A stretch of 64,000 nt of DNA. It comes from Candidatus Hydrogenedentota bacterium (GTDB taxonomy: Bacteria; Hydrogenedentota; Hydrogenedentia; Hydrogenedentales; SLHB01). How positions within the stretch are numbered: position 1 is the first letter of the stretch; each line of letters starts with the position of its first letter. Position numbers and translations under genes: made by a program. Below the pieces are notes generated by a model. That model had not been told where the DNA came from, did not search any database, and saw only the letters and a program-made list of their open reading frames with translations. This document shows, in pieces, positions 1 through 9,271 of this stretch. The stretch spans positions 192,001 to 256,000 of the forward strand of contig CAVUWV010000014.1 in the NCBI GenBank assembly GCA_963745075.1, in the 5' to 3' direction.

Positions 1-199
1 CGAAGTGCCACCCGGCCGCCGTGCCGTCCATGCCCACGTCGCGCTCCGTATCCATCACCGACGCGTAGACGCAGCACAACGACGCCGAACGCACGTGCGG
101 CCAGTTCTGCGGTGTTAACTGTTCTTCGGCAAGACGAAACGCCTCCCGCGCCGTCAGATTTTGTTGCCCCCCGCCAAACAGTCCCTTGAGCAATCCCAT
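1..199 (-). CDS. hypothetical protein, 5' part (runs off the window start)
   Basis: Hand-translated open frame MGLLKGLFGGGQQNLTAREAFRLAEE...GWHF from ATG at 199 with a GAGGAGGG RBS; no stop before position 1. Confidence 0.7.
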   Translation of the reverse strand, partial: MGLLKGLFGGGQQNLTAREAFRLAEEQLTPQNWPHVRSASLCCVYASVMDTERDVGMDGTAAGWHF

Positions 200-349
200 G
201 TACCCTCCTCACGTTTGCCTCGCGATTAGCCTCCGTTCCCATGAAACCGCGTGCGCACCCAAATGTCAAAACCACCCCCCGTGTCCGGGAAGGATCCGGG
301 GAGAGGGCCGGAGTCCGGCAGAACTACTCCAGATGGATAGACCGAGTCC

Positions 350-377
350 GTAACCTTTTCGACCGTGCGGGGTCATT
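350..377 (+). promoter_or_regulatory. putative ECF-type (autoregulatory) promoter
   Basis: GTAACC-N15-GGTCATT about 30 nt upstream of the ECF sigma ATG; resembles the AAC...GTC pattern of ECF promoters. Confidence 0.5.
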
Positions 378-406
378 TAGGGTACAACCATGGAGGGAGT
401 TACTCG

Positions 407-3094
407 ATGCCGGACGCAGATGCCATACAAGCCGTAAGAGAAGGTGACAAGGACCGTTATGCGGAGTTGGTCGAACGGTACCAGCATATGGTCTATGTCA
501 TTGCGTGGAGCCGTCTGGGCGATCCACATCTGTGTGAAGACGCCGCCCAGGAGACGTTTGTTAAGGCGTACCGGTATCTGATGGCGTTGCGGAACCCAGA
601 GAAATTTGCCGGCTGGCTGGCCCGTATCGCCCGAAATGTCAGCACCTCGATGTTGCGCAAGCGTCGACGCGACCTTGCAAAGGTCGAACGCTGGAAGCTC
701 GAACCGCGCACGGTTCAGCCCGCTCAAAACGAGGTGGGGGACGAGAAACCGGTTGCCGAAACCCTGCGCGCAATCCTGGCTGAACTTCCGGCCCAACACC
801 GCGAGTGTTTGGTACTCTTCTATCTTGAGGGGAAGAGCGTCCGCGACGCAGCCGAGATACTTGGCATCTCCGAGTCCACCATGAAGACCCGCCTCCATCG
901 CGCGCGCCATGCATTGCGGGGCAGGCTCGAAGAAAAGCTGGAAGATTCCCTCGCCGCACTCGGACCGCGCGGAAACTTCTCGGCGGGCGTTATCGCGCTG
1001 TTGCCCTCTTCGCCATGGTTGGCCGGTGCGGGAGTGGGAGTGGGAGGGGCGTCCGCCCTGTCCAAGCTGCTAACCGGATTCGCCCAATTCGCGATACTCC
1101 CCATCGTTCTACTCATGTCGCTGTTTAACGCAGCGTATGCAGCCCTTTACTTCGGTTGGCTCGGCAAGCTGGAATCGGCCAATCTTGTACCCGGCCCCGG
1201 TCAACGCGCGCGTCAACAGGTAATCCGCCGCAACGTCGTACTCTTCGTGATTGCCTTCGCGATGGCGATATTCTTCTCCTTTTCGTTCACGTTTCGCGGC
1301 AATCCGCTCGTGGTATTCCAGCTTCTGGTTCCCCTCTGCCTCTGGGGCACATATCGGACCCTTCGCCTCCTGCGCGTCAACCGCACGCCCTTTGCCTACG
1401 GACAAGTACTGGCCAACGCGACGTTCACCCTCACGTCCGTTCTCATCGGGTTTCTTCACGCGCCCTTCTGGATCTTCTTTGTGGCCATGCTGCCGCTGAA
1501 CGTATTTCTCTACTTCGCCAACAAAAGCCGGCCCGCACGGCACGATTACAACCTGTTCCTGCGCGCGGCGCAAGGCATGCTTGGCAATGTCGAGGGGAGA
1601 GCGAGCGCCCCGCGGGCGAGCTTGGCAGATCTGCGTGCGTTCGCACGTTTCCTGGGCGGCCGCTTCCTCGTAATGGATTACACGATCCGCGTCCACTCGC
1701 TCTGCTTGTATCTTCCGCCCGCGAAACCCATTCTGCGGCAGTACTTCGGCTTCAATGCGTCGAACTCTACGGTGCTACTAGGTCCCAACGGCGGGGCCGA
1801 AGCGCAACTCGGCGAGCGCGACCGAAAGAACCTGGCAACGATGATCGAATCGCCTCTGCCCAAGATTCTGGAACTGGAAGCCGCGGTTTGTGACGCGGTA
1901 TCGAGGGCGTTTCAGCACTTTCTGGAAGGAGAGACCGCGCAGGCGGAAGCACTGCTTCAGCCGGAAGGAGACGCCGCCATCTTCCGAAAACCCGTCGGCG
2001 ATAGCGCCGAACACCGTGTTCGCGGAATTGCCTCCATTGTCGCGGCAGTCTTCCTGCTCGCGTCGAGCTTGTTTGTCGCTTTCTTGCAACTGCCACCGCC
2101 GGTCCGCGTAACGCGTGATGTGGTCAATGAACCCATCGTCGCGTGGGAAGGCGACTATGACCGCCGCTGGATCGCCTATCACACAGTTTTGACTGCCGAT
2201 GCTCCGCTCCCAATCGACGCACTCGCGGGACCGGCCCTATCGGCGTACCGGAACGCTGCAATCAAGGTGTTGACGGGCGAGAGGGACAGTGCGGACGGCC
2301 GTGTCACGAACGCGCTGTTCGGCGCGGAAGCACTGTACAACGTCATTCAAAGCAATCTGCTGTCCGATGCGGAACTCGCGTCACTCGGCATCGACGACGA
2401 GAACGTCCGGAAAGCGTTGACCGGTACCAATCATGTTCGGCTCGATCATCTCTTTATTCTATGGAATGAAGCCGAGGGGGCCTACGTCTATCCGGGATCC
2501 GTCGTGACCATCGCGCGGCGATTGGCCTGTCTGGACCACTTCGGCTGCCTCGATCTCGTCGACGCGGATCGCCTCGCGCAAGACCTCGCCGACCGGCAGG
2601 TCACGCCCGCCTGGGAATCACGCGGTGAGCAGATTGACTGGAAGCGCGCCCAAGGCCTCTTCATGTTCCAGTTCTGCGATCTCGAAGGCACCTACGGCGC
2701 GCTCGCCGCACTCGAAGAACTCGACCGACTCGACCTCATCAACCGCGAAGCCTGCATCGAGGGCATCCTTCGCTTCCACAACGGTCGCGGCGAATTCGGC
2801 TCGCTGTGGCGACGTGACGACGAAATACGAATCTACCCCAGCACCAAGGCCAACGCCCTTTACGCCATGGAATCCCTGCGTATCCTCAACGCCCTCGACC
2901 GCATCCCTGACTTCACCCGTTGGAATCTCAATCCCGACATCATCGTCACCGACCGCAACCAACCCATCGCCGACAACATCTCCACCCCCGAGGCTATCGT
3001 TACCTGGGCCTACCAAAAACGGATCGAACTCGTCCGCGCCACATACCAGTTGCCGGAACGCGATAATGGTATTCGCCAATTAGTCCGCGAATAA
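407..3094 (+). CDS. ECF sigma-70 factor with long C-terminal multi-TM extension and prenyltransferase-beta-like domain
   Basis: sigma2 (LVERYQHMV..EDAAQETFVKAY..FAGWLARIARN) and sigma4 (LPAQHRECLVLFYLEGKSVRDAAEILGISESTMKTRLHRAR), followed by ~6 hydrophobic segments; ATG 407 follows GGAGGGAG. Confidence 0.85.
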   Translation: MPDADAIQAVREGDKDRYAELVERYQHMVYVIAWSRLGDPHLCEDAAQETFVKAYRYLMALRNPEKFAGWLARIARNVSTSMLRKRRRDLAKVERWKLEPRTVQPAQNEVGDEKPVAETLRAILAELPAQHRECLVLFYLEGKSVRDAAEILGISESTMKTRLHRARHALRGRLEEKLEDSLAALGPRGNFSAGVIALLPSSPWLAGAGVGVGGASALSKLLTGFAQFAILPIVLLMSLFNAAYAALYFGWLGKLESANLVPGPGQRARQQVIRRNVVLFVIAFAMAIFFSFSFTFRGNPLVVFQLLVPLCLWGTYRTLRLLRVNRTPFAYGQVLANATFTLTSVLIGFLHAPFWIFFVAMLPLNVFLYFANKSRPARHDYNLFLRAAQGMLGNVEGRASAPRASLADLRAFARFLGGRFLVMDYTIRVHSLCLYLPPAKPILRQYFGFNASNSTVLLGPNGGAEAQLGERDRKNLATMIESPLPKILELEAAVCDAVSRAFQHFLEGETAQAEALLQPEGDAAIFRKPVGDSAEHRVRGIASIVAAVFLLASSLFVAFLQLPPPVRVTRDVVNEPIVAWEGDYDRRWIAYHTVLTADAPLPIDALAGPALSAYRNAAIKVLTGERDSADGRVTNALFGAEALYNVIQSNLLSDAELASLGIDDENVRKALTGTNHVRLDHLFILWNEAEGAYVYPGSVVTIARRLACLDHFGCLDLVDADRLAQDLADRQVTPAWESRGEQIDWKRAQGLFMFQFCDLEGTYGALAALEELDRLDLINREACIEGILRFHNGRGEFGSLWRRDDEIRIYPSTKANALYAMESLRILNALDRIPDFTRWNLNPDIIVTDRNQPIADNISTPEAIVTWAYQKRIELVRATYQLPERDNGIRQLVRE

Positions 3095-5035
3095 CGGACG
3101 GAACACACGCGCGCGAATCTCGGGATCGCGAAGCAGCGCGGCTTGCAGGAACGTAAAACTGTACACCAGGTGTCCTTCGTAGCCGCAGGTATGTCCTTCC
3201 CAATCCATGAACTCCGCGCCGAGGGGAAACTGGTCAATGACGCCGTTCTGAAATCCGCCTCCGTTGGGAAATGCGCCTTCCACCTGCCGCTTGAGCATGG
3301 CATTGAGAATGCGGTCGGCCTTTTCCGTTTCGCCGACCATGTTCAGGGCCGTGATGAAGTAGTAGGTGTCGCTCACGCAACAGCCCCCGTTGAGATACTG
3401 TTGGAAAGTATCGCTGCCGTCTTCCAGCGCCGGTTGGCCATAGGATCGGTCGCGACCGGGCTTCGGTTGAGAGTAGTCGCCCTTCGACACCGGGACCAGC
3501 GTGAGCGGCGTCCCAATGGAGAAATTGGTAAATCCGACTTCCTCCATTTTCGCCCATAGCTTGTTGAGCATGCTGCGGCCGTTCTCCGGTGCGACCAGAC
3601 CGTACATGATGGCGATGCTCGTGTTCATGGGCGCGGCGAGATCGTGCAGTTCGCCGTCCTTGCTCCGCCACCACGCCATCCAACCCGTCTTTGCATTGAA
3701 CAGCGAGGGCTGATATGCGGCCTTCAGTTTGTCCGCAAGCGCGTTGTACCGCGACGCCTGCTCTGCGCGTCCCAGTTTCGATTCCAGATCCGCCAGGCCG
3801 CGCCACGCACGGTAAATCAGCGCATTGCAGTAGCCATCCTTGTGGCCCGTGTTGATCGTGTCATAGGCCGACCCGCCCAGACGCCCCACCTGCGTCCCGT
3901 AGTTGCCGGAGTACTTGGTCTCCACAAGTCCGTCGCCGTCCACGTCCCGCTCGGCCAGATAGTCCGCGAGCCGCTCCAGCGTTTCGATCCGGCGCTCCAG
4001 CCATTCCCGGTCGCCCGACGCTTCCACGTAGCACCACGCGCCGATGAGCGGACCCGCGTTGGCGTCCGGCATTCCCGTCACGTTGCGCCACGACCGCATC
4101 TCGCCGGACGGTTCAATCCCGTGCTCCAACCACCAGTCTACGGTGTTGCGGAGCAGGGGAGCCGCGTTGATCCCGTCGGCCAACTCTGGCGCGAGCAACA
4201 CGTGGTCCGACATCATGTGCAACACACAACTCACCGGATCGCTCACGACATTGTTCGCCAACAACCCCGGCGGCGCGTACTGCGGACGCTCCGCGCTGCC
4301 CCATTCGGCGCTCGGTTGCAGCATGTTCAACCACCCGCGCCGGATGGCCCGCCATAACGCTTCGTCGTTCAAGCCAGCAGGCATGGGCACCTGAGACGGC
4401 TCCAGCGTAAACACCACGCGATCCGAGTCGACGACCGCCCATTCCAACGTAAAGTCAACCCGGTTGTCGCCTTCCCGCGTCCCCGTCAGACGCCCGGTGA
4501 CTGCATCGCCCGGTTCCGCGCTCAGTCGCATCGCCCCCAGGTCCGGCGCGTTGATCAACACCGGCAACCGCATTCGCGCGCCATCCATCCACTCCGACGG
4601 CAACACCGTCGTCGCTGTCGCCTTCGGATCGAAGGGGAAGGTCATGCGAACCGCCGTGAGGTTGGCGTTATCCGGCTTGACCAAATCAATAGCAAGACCG
4701 ATGCGCGGACCAGAATGAGAGATCGTCCATGCGACGGACGCGCCCTCCCCGAGCTCGAATCGGTAGACGTTCTCCGGCGCCTTATGAGGCCCGACTTTCG
4801 TTGGGAATTCCGTTGCAGGCCACCACTCCCCGTCAATTCGCAGATCCAATCGGACCGGCGCATACAAGAGATTCAACGAATCCCGCGAACCGCCTTCCGT
4901 GTCCCAACTCAGGAAATCGATTCCGGCCGTCTTGTCCCACTCCATCCGAACCCTCGGCTCACCGGCCGGAACCGCAATCCCATCCAGCAACCCCGCAGAC
5001 AAGACCGCCAAGGCAAACGCAGCGATTCCGCTCAT
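3080..5035 (-). CDS. secreted six-hairpin (alpha/alpha)6 glycoside hydrolase-like protein
   Basis: Signal peptide; DVDGDGLVE, YCNALIYRAWRGLADLESKLG and WCYVEASGDREWL helical-barrel motifs; family not assignable by eye. Confidence 0.65.
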   Translation of the reverse strand: MSGIAAFALAVLSAGLLDGIAVPAGEPRVRMEWDKTAGIDFLSWDTEGGSRDSLNLLYAPVRLDLRIDGEWWPATEFPTKVGPHKAPENVYRFELGEGASVAWTISHSGPRIGLAIDLVKPDNANLTAVRMTFPFDPKATATTVLPSEWMDGARMRLPVLINAPDLGAMRLSAEPGDAVTGRLTGTREGDNRVDFTLEWAVVDSDRVVFTLEPSQVPMPAGLNDEALWRAIRRGWLNMLQPSAEWGSAERPQYAPPGLLANNVVSDPVSCVLHMMSDHVLLAPELADGINAAPLLRNTVDWWLEHGIEPSGEMRSWRNVTGMPDANAGPLIGAWCYVEASGDREWLERRIETLERLADYLAERDVDGDGLVETKYSGNYGTQVGRLGGSAYDTINTGHKDGYCNALIYRAWRGLADLESKLGRAEQASRYNALADKLKAAYQPSLFNAKTGWMAWWRSKDGELHDLAAPMNTSIAIMYGLVAPENGRSMLNKLWAKMEEVGFTNFSIGTPLTLVPVSKGDYSQPKPGRDRSYGQPALEDGSDTFQQYLNGGCCVSDTYYFITALNMVGETEKADRILNAMLKRQVEGAFPNGGGFQNGVIDQFPLGAEFMDWEGHTCGYEGHLVYSFTFLQAALLRDPEIRARVFRPLFAD

Positions 5036-5151
5036 GGTCAAAGCCCTCGTTGTAGCCTTCGCAGAGACCCTCTAAAACGATACACGGGGCAGGAACGAAC
5101 TACAATGAACGATGCGAAGTAACATGCAGGCGCGACGGTTTCAGCGACGAA

Positions 5152-5186
5152 TTGGCCACAAAAGAACACAAAGATCACAAGGAAAA
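5152..5186. repeat. short 9-mer tandem repeat (CACAAAAGA-like, x3)
   Basis: ggcCACAAAAGAa-CACAAAGAT-CACAAGGAA in the intergenic spacer. Confidence 0.5.
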
Positions 5187-5238
5187 TCTTGAAATTTCTA
5201 AGGCAGTTCGCCCGATACGCCTTCGGAGGTAAATGGAT

Positions 5239-5913
5239 TTACTCCACCATCCCGCGCAGCATCTGCACGGTGACGTCTTCGAGGCTGGAGACGATGATGT
5301 CGGCCTGGGCGAGTTCTTCCCGGCTGAAACTGCTGGTGACGGCAATGCATTGCATGCCGGCGGCTTTGGCGGATTGGACGCCGCTGATGGCGTCTTCGAC
5401 GACGATGCAGCGAGCGGGGGGGAGGCTGAGGGCGTCGGCGGCTCTTAGGTAGATCTCGGGGTGTGGTTTCTTGTGGGTGACCATGTCGCCGTTGACGATG
5501 ACGTCGAATTTGTCGAGGGGCGCGCCGATGCATTCGAGGGTGGTCGCAGCTTTCTTGGCGGGACTCGACGTGGCGATGGCGAGTTTCCATTCGCCGTTCG
5601 TGTCGGCAGCGGCGTTGACGAGTTCCAACGCGCCCGGGCAGGGTTTGCATTCGCCCGCTTCGAGTAAGGCCACGAAATTCTGATGCCGTTTCTCGATGGC
5701 TTCATCGAGGTCGCGCAAGGTGATGCCCGCGTCTTCAGCGGGGCCTTCGACGTAACGGACTGCGCCAGTGCCGATGTAGGGGCGAAAATCCTCCGGCGTC
5801 AGGTCGACGTTGTAGAGTTCTTTGTACATGGCGATGCTCGCCCTAGCGATTAGCGCCTCCGTGTCCGCGAGGACGCCGTCCATATCGAAGATGAGACCAA
5901 AAGACTCGGGCAT
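5239..5913 (-). CDS. HAD-IA family phosphatase (beta-PGM/CbbY-like)
   Basis: FDMDGVLADT motif I, KPHPEIY and VEDAISGVQSAKAAGM motifs. Confidence 0.9.
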   Translation of the reverse strand: MPESFGLIFDMDGVLADTEALIARASIAMYKELYNVDLTPEDFRPYIGTGAVRYVEGPAEDAGITLRDLDEAIEKRHQNFVALLEAGECKPCPGALELVNAAADTNGEWKLAIATSSPAKKAATTLECIGAPLDKFDVIVNGDMVTHKKPHPEIYLRAADALSLPPARCIVVEDAISGVQSAKAAGMQCIAVTSSFSREELAQADIIVSSLEDVTVQMLRGMVE

Positions 5914-5986
5914 CGTTGATTCCTTTTTATGCGGTACGCCGTTCCGGCATGGATTCGTGATTGTAAACCTAAACGCGAAGAGAAGA

Positions 5987-6145
5987 ACATCCCCCTTGCT
6001 CCCCCTTCAAAGGGGGAGTTTTGCTCACGCACATCTACTGACTAAGTCGTCGCGACGAACCCCGACGTCGAATTGGATGTAAACGATACTACAACGCGAT
6101 GCGTTGCGATTAATTCCCCCTTTGAAGGGGGATCAAGGGGGATGT
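5987..6145. mobile_element. REPIN/MITE-like inverted-repeat element, copy 1
   Basis: Arms ACATCCCCCTTGCTCCCCCTTCAAAGGGGGA and TCCCCCTTTGAAGGGGGATCAAGGGGGATGT; the same arms recur at 20599 and 40419. Confidence 0.8.
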
Positions 6146-6150
6146 TCCTC

Positions 6151-6182
6151 CAATCCGCAATCCGCAGTCCGGAATCCGCAAT
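6151..6182. repeat. heptamer tandem repeat (CAATCCG x ~4.5)
   Basis: caatccg caatccg cagtccg gaatccg caat, immediately downstream of the thrC stop. Confidence 0.75.
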
Positions 6183-7283
6183 CTATTTGACTCCTGCGGG
6201 TTCGTGGATGCCCATCACGTCGAGGACGGCGTCTTCATTGGCTTCGACTGTCACGGGTTCTTCGGCGGATTTGATGGCGCTGTCGGGGTCTTTCAAACCG
6301 TGACCCGTCAGGATGCACACGACCCGTAGCTTGTCGCCATGGATCGGCTCGAAATCGTCGAAGTAGCCGTTCTCCGTGAGCTTGATGATCCCCGCAATGC
6401 TTGCCGCGCTGGCCGGTTCGCAGAAGATGCCCTCCGTCGCCGCGGCCATCTGGTACGCGGTTCGGATCTCGTGGTCCGTGACCATGCCGATGACGCCGCC
6501 GGACTCGTCCCGCGCGGCTTCGGCGTGCTTCCAACTCGCGGGATTGCCGATACGGATGGCGGTCGCGAAGGTCTTCGGTTTTTCGACCGGATGCCCCAAC
6601 ACGATCGGCGCTGAACCCGCTGCCTGGAATCCGAGCATGCGCGGCAGGTGGCGTACCTTGCCCGCTTCCCGGTATTCCTTGTAGCCTTTCCAATACGCCG
6701 TGATGTTCCCCGCGTTTCCCACGGGCAGGGCGTGGAAGTCCGGCGCGAATCCTTCGAAGTCATCCACAATCTCGAAGGCGCCGGTTTTCTGTCCTTCGAT
6801 GCGATACGGATTCACCGAATTCACCAACTGGATGGGCTGGGTCTCCGTGATGGTCCGCACGAGGTTCAGGGCATCATCGAAGTTCCCTTTGATCTGGATA
6901 ACCTTCGCGCCGTGGATCATCGCCTGCGACAGTTTGCCCATGGCGATCTTGCCTTCGGGAATTAATACCGCACAGGCAATCTTTGCGCGCGCTGAGTACG
7001 CCGCCGCCGACGCCGAGGTGTTGCCGGTCGATGCGCAGATGACCCCTTTGAACCCGTCCTCGACCGCCTTGGTGATCGCCATCGTCATGCCGCGATCTTT
7101 AAAGGAACCCGTCGGGTTTAGGCCTTCGTACTTGAGGTAGAGGTCGAGCTTCGGATTGATCGCCTGGCTGAGGTTGGTGGCTCGCACCATCGGCGTGGAG
7201 CCTTCGTTCAGCGAAATGATGCGGGTCTCATCCGTTACCGGCAGGTATTCCCGGTACCGCTCGATCAGGGGCTGAATCAGCAT
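6183..7283 (-). CDS. thrC: threonine synthase
   Basis: [16 protein letters not shown]-lysine motif, [27 protein letters not shown]; adjacent to hom; start set to ATG 7283 after an AAGGA RBS. Confidence 0.95.
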   Translation of the reverse strand: MLIQPLIERYREYLPVTDETRIISLNEGSTPMVRATNLSQAINPKLDLYLKYEGLNPTGSFKDRGMTMAITKAVEDGFKGVICASTGNTSASAAAYSARAKIACAVLIPEGKIAMGKLSQAMIHGAKVIQIKGNFDDALNLVRTITETQPIQLVNSVNPYRIEGQKTGAFEIVDDFEGFAPDFHALPVGNAGNITAYWKGYKEYREAGKVRHLPRMLGFQAAGSAPIVLGHPVEKPKTFATAIRIGNPASWKHAEAARDESGGVIGMVTDHEIRTAYQMAAATEGIFCEPASAASIAGIIKLTENGYFDDFEPIHGDKLRVVCILTGHGLKDPDSAIKSAEEPVTVEANEDAVLDVMGIHEPAGVK

Positions 7284-7299
7284 GGTCTTGTCCTTCTTT

Positions 7300-7434
7300 T
7301 CGTACCCGTACTCGCTCTCGTACTTCGTACTCGACAAAACGTAACTATCGTTTGTGAGTCCAACAGAAGCACTTTTCAAATTGGCACTGGATACTTTCCC
7401 ATCGAGTACGCGTACGAGAGCGAGTACGAGTATG
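7300..7434. repeat. inverted pair of hexamer-periodic arms (TCGTAC/GAGTAC)
   Basis: cgtacccgtactcgctctcgtacttcgtactcga (7301-7334) is nearly the reverse complement of tcgagtacgcgtacgagagcgagtacgagtatg (7402-7434). Confidence 0.85.
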
Positions 7435-7461
7435 TCGAGGCACCGGAAGCGGCTCCTTTAG

Positions 7462-8742
7462 CTACTCGTCCAGGACCCGCAAGAAATGGGTCGGTTCGTG
7501 AATGACGTCCAGCGCGTCGATTTCCGCCAATGCGTCCTGTAAGGCGGATTCCACCGTTGCATACGTCATCAGCACCACGTGCACCCGGTTTACTTCATGT
7601 TCTTCTTTTTGGATGCACGATGCAATGCTCACGCCGTGATCGCCGAGGATGGTACATATCTTCCCCAATACCCCCGGACGGTCCAGCGTCGTCAACCGCA
7701 GATAGTACCGGCCCTGCACGCTGCCCATGCTGCGGATGGGCCGTTTCTGCTGATAGTTGAAGGGGGGCGGCACGGGGCCGTTCCCGCGGCGGGCGATATC
7801 CACGACGTCCGCAACCACCGCGCTGGCGGTCGGCATCCGGCCGGCGCCGCGACCGTAGTAGAGCGTAGCGTCGGCGATATCCGACTTGACGTAAATGGCA
7901 TTAAACTCGTTTCGCACCGATGCCAGGAGATGATCGTCGGGCACCAAGGTCGGATGGACCCGCGCTTCGATCTCGCCGTTGCACTCGCGGATCACGGCGA
8001 GCAGTTTGATCAGGTATCCCATTTCCTGCGCGTATAACACGTCGGCATGGGTGACTTTGGTGACACCTTCGGTGTGGATGTCGTCCAGAGTGACCTCCGT
8101 CGCATAACACAACGACGCCATGATCTGACACTTGTGCGCCGTATCGTGCCCTTCGATGTCGAGATCGGGGGGCGTTTCCGCGAATCCTTGTTCCTGCGCC
8201 TGTCGCAAGGCCTCCTCGAATTCAAGGCCTTCATAGGTCATGCGGCTGAGGATGTAATTGCAGGTGCCGTTGAGGATGCCGTAAATGAACTCGATCCGGT
8301 TCGCGGAAAGTCCTTCGCGCAAGGCTTTGATGATGGGGATTCCCCCGGCGACCGCCGCTTCGTAGCGAAGTTCCACGTTGTGTTTCACCGCCGCCTCACA
8401 GAGTTCCGGCCCGTCATGGGCGAGCAGCATCTTGTTGGCGGTGACCACGTGTTTGCCCGCCTGCAGCGCGGCCAGGATGAACTTTTTGGCGGGGTTCAGC
8501 CCGCCGATGAGTTCCACCACGACTTCGACTTTGGGATCGTTGATGAGGGTCATCGCGTCGTCGCTGATGGTGACGTCCGTCAGGTTGTGTTCGTCGAAGA
8601 GCGCCGTGTTTAGATCGGCCACGTGCACCAACGCGACTTCGGCCCCGGACGTCCGTGAAATCACGTCGTCATTGGACAGCAGCGTGCGGATCACACCCCC
8701 GCCGACGGTTCCCGCTCCGATAACCCCAACTCCGATGGACAT
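7462..8742 (-). CDS. hom: homoserine dehydrogenase with C-terminal ACT domain
   Basis: GAGTVGGG Rossmann fold, VVTANK, EAAVAGGIP, GILNGTCNYIL, ACT domain DRPGVLGKI. Confidence 0.95.
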   Translation of the reverse strand: MSIGVGVIGAGTVGGGVIRTLLSNDDVISRTSGAEVALVHVADLNTALFDEHNLTDVTISDDAMTLINDPKVEVVVELIGGLNPAKKFILAALQAGKHVVTANKMLLAHDGPELCEAAVKHNVELRYEAAVAGGIPIIKALREGLSANRIEFIYGILNGTCNYILSRMTYEGLEFEEALRQAQEQGFAETPPDLDIEGHDTAHKCQIMASLCYATEVTLDDIHTEGVTKVTHADVLYAQEMGYLIKLLAVIRECNGEIEARVHPTLVPDDHLLASVRNEFNAIYVKSDIADATLYYGRGAGRMPTASAVVADVVDIARRGNGPVPPPFNYQQKRPIRSMGSVQGRYYLRLTTLDRPGVLGKICTILGDHGVSIASCIQKEEHEVNRVHVVLMTYATVESALQDALAEIDALDVIHEPTHFLRVLDE

Positions 8743-8780
8743 TGATTTCCCCTTCAACCTGGTACGGGCTCAGTTCTCTT

Positions 8781-8936
8781 TCGGATCGAAATCGCTATCG
8801 GGATCGAAATCGATCTCTGCAGCTCCACAGGCCAAATCGTCCATCGCTATACGGCAAACACCAATTGCTCAATTCTCCCGTGGCGAAGCGATACTGTCGG
8901 TCCCGCTTTTGATCCCGATAGCGATCCCGATCCCGA
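8781..8936. repeat. inverted pair of hexamer-periodic arms (ATCGGG/CCCGAT)
   Basis: tcggatcgaaatcgctatcgggatcgaaatcg versus gatcccgatagcgatcccgatcccga; 15-bp exact inverted core ATCGCTATCGGGATC. Confidence 0.8.
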
Positions 8937-8985
8937 TTTGGATTGTTCGAAGTAAGCACTAGGCCTACTGGCGAGCGTCCCACCC

Positions 8986-9225
8986 CTAATCCTCGATGAC
9001 GCACAACACGTCGCCGACCGAAATCTCATCCCCTTCGTGCACGTACTTTTCCTCCAACTTACCGGTTTTCGGGCACGGGATACTGAATGCCGCCTTGTCG
9101 GTGGTCAACTCGACCAGATCTTCGCCTTCCTTCACCGTGTCGCCTTCTTCGTACAACCAGTACGACACCGTGGCCGTGTCGGCCGCATCCTCGCCAAGAT
9201 TCGGCAGTTTAACTTCGTAGGTCAT
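8986..9225 (-). CDS. stand-alone lipoyl (biotin/lipoyl attachment) domain protein
   Basis: 79 aa; VKLPNLGE..GDTVKEGEDLVELTTDKA, an E2-type lipoyl-lysine motif. Confidence 0.9.
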   Translation of the reverse strand: MTYEVKLPNLGEDAADTATVSYWLYEEGDTVKEGEDLVELTTDKAAFSIPCPKTGKLEEKYVHEGDEISVGDVLCVIED

Positions 9226-9271
9226 GCAACTATTCTCCTTACACTATGCTCAATGCGCTTTGGGAAACGCC

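Noticed and set aside
5950..6303. Small ORFs over the 158-bp elements (SPFEGG.RGM peptides; also near 20538-20822 and 40400-40580)
   Set aside because: The recurring peptide is simply the translation of the repeat arm; there is no RBS or coding evidence
7284..7379. N-terminal extension of thrC in the ORF track ([11 protein letters not shown])
   Set aside because: It is the translation of the hexamer repeat arm; a good RBS precedes ATG 7283
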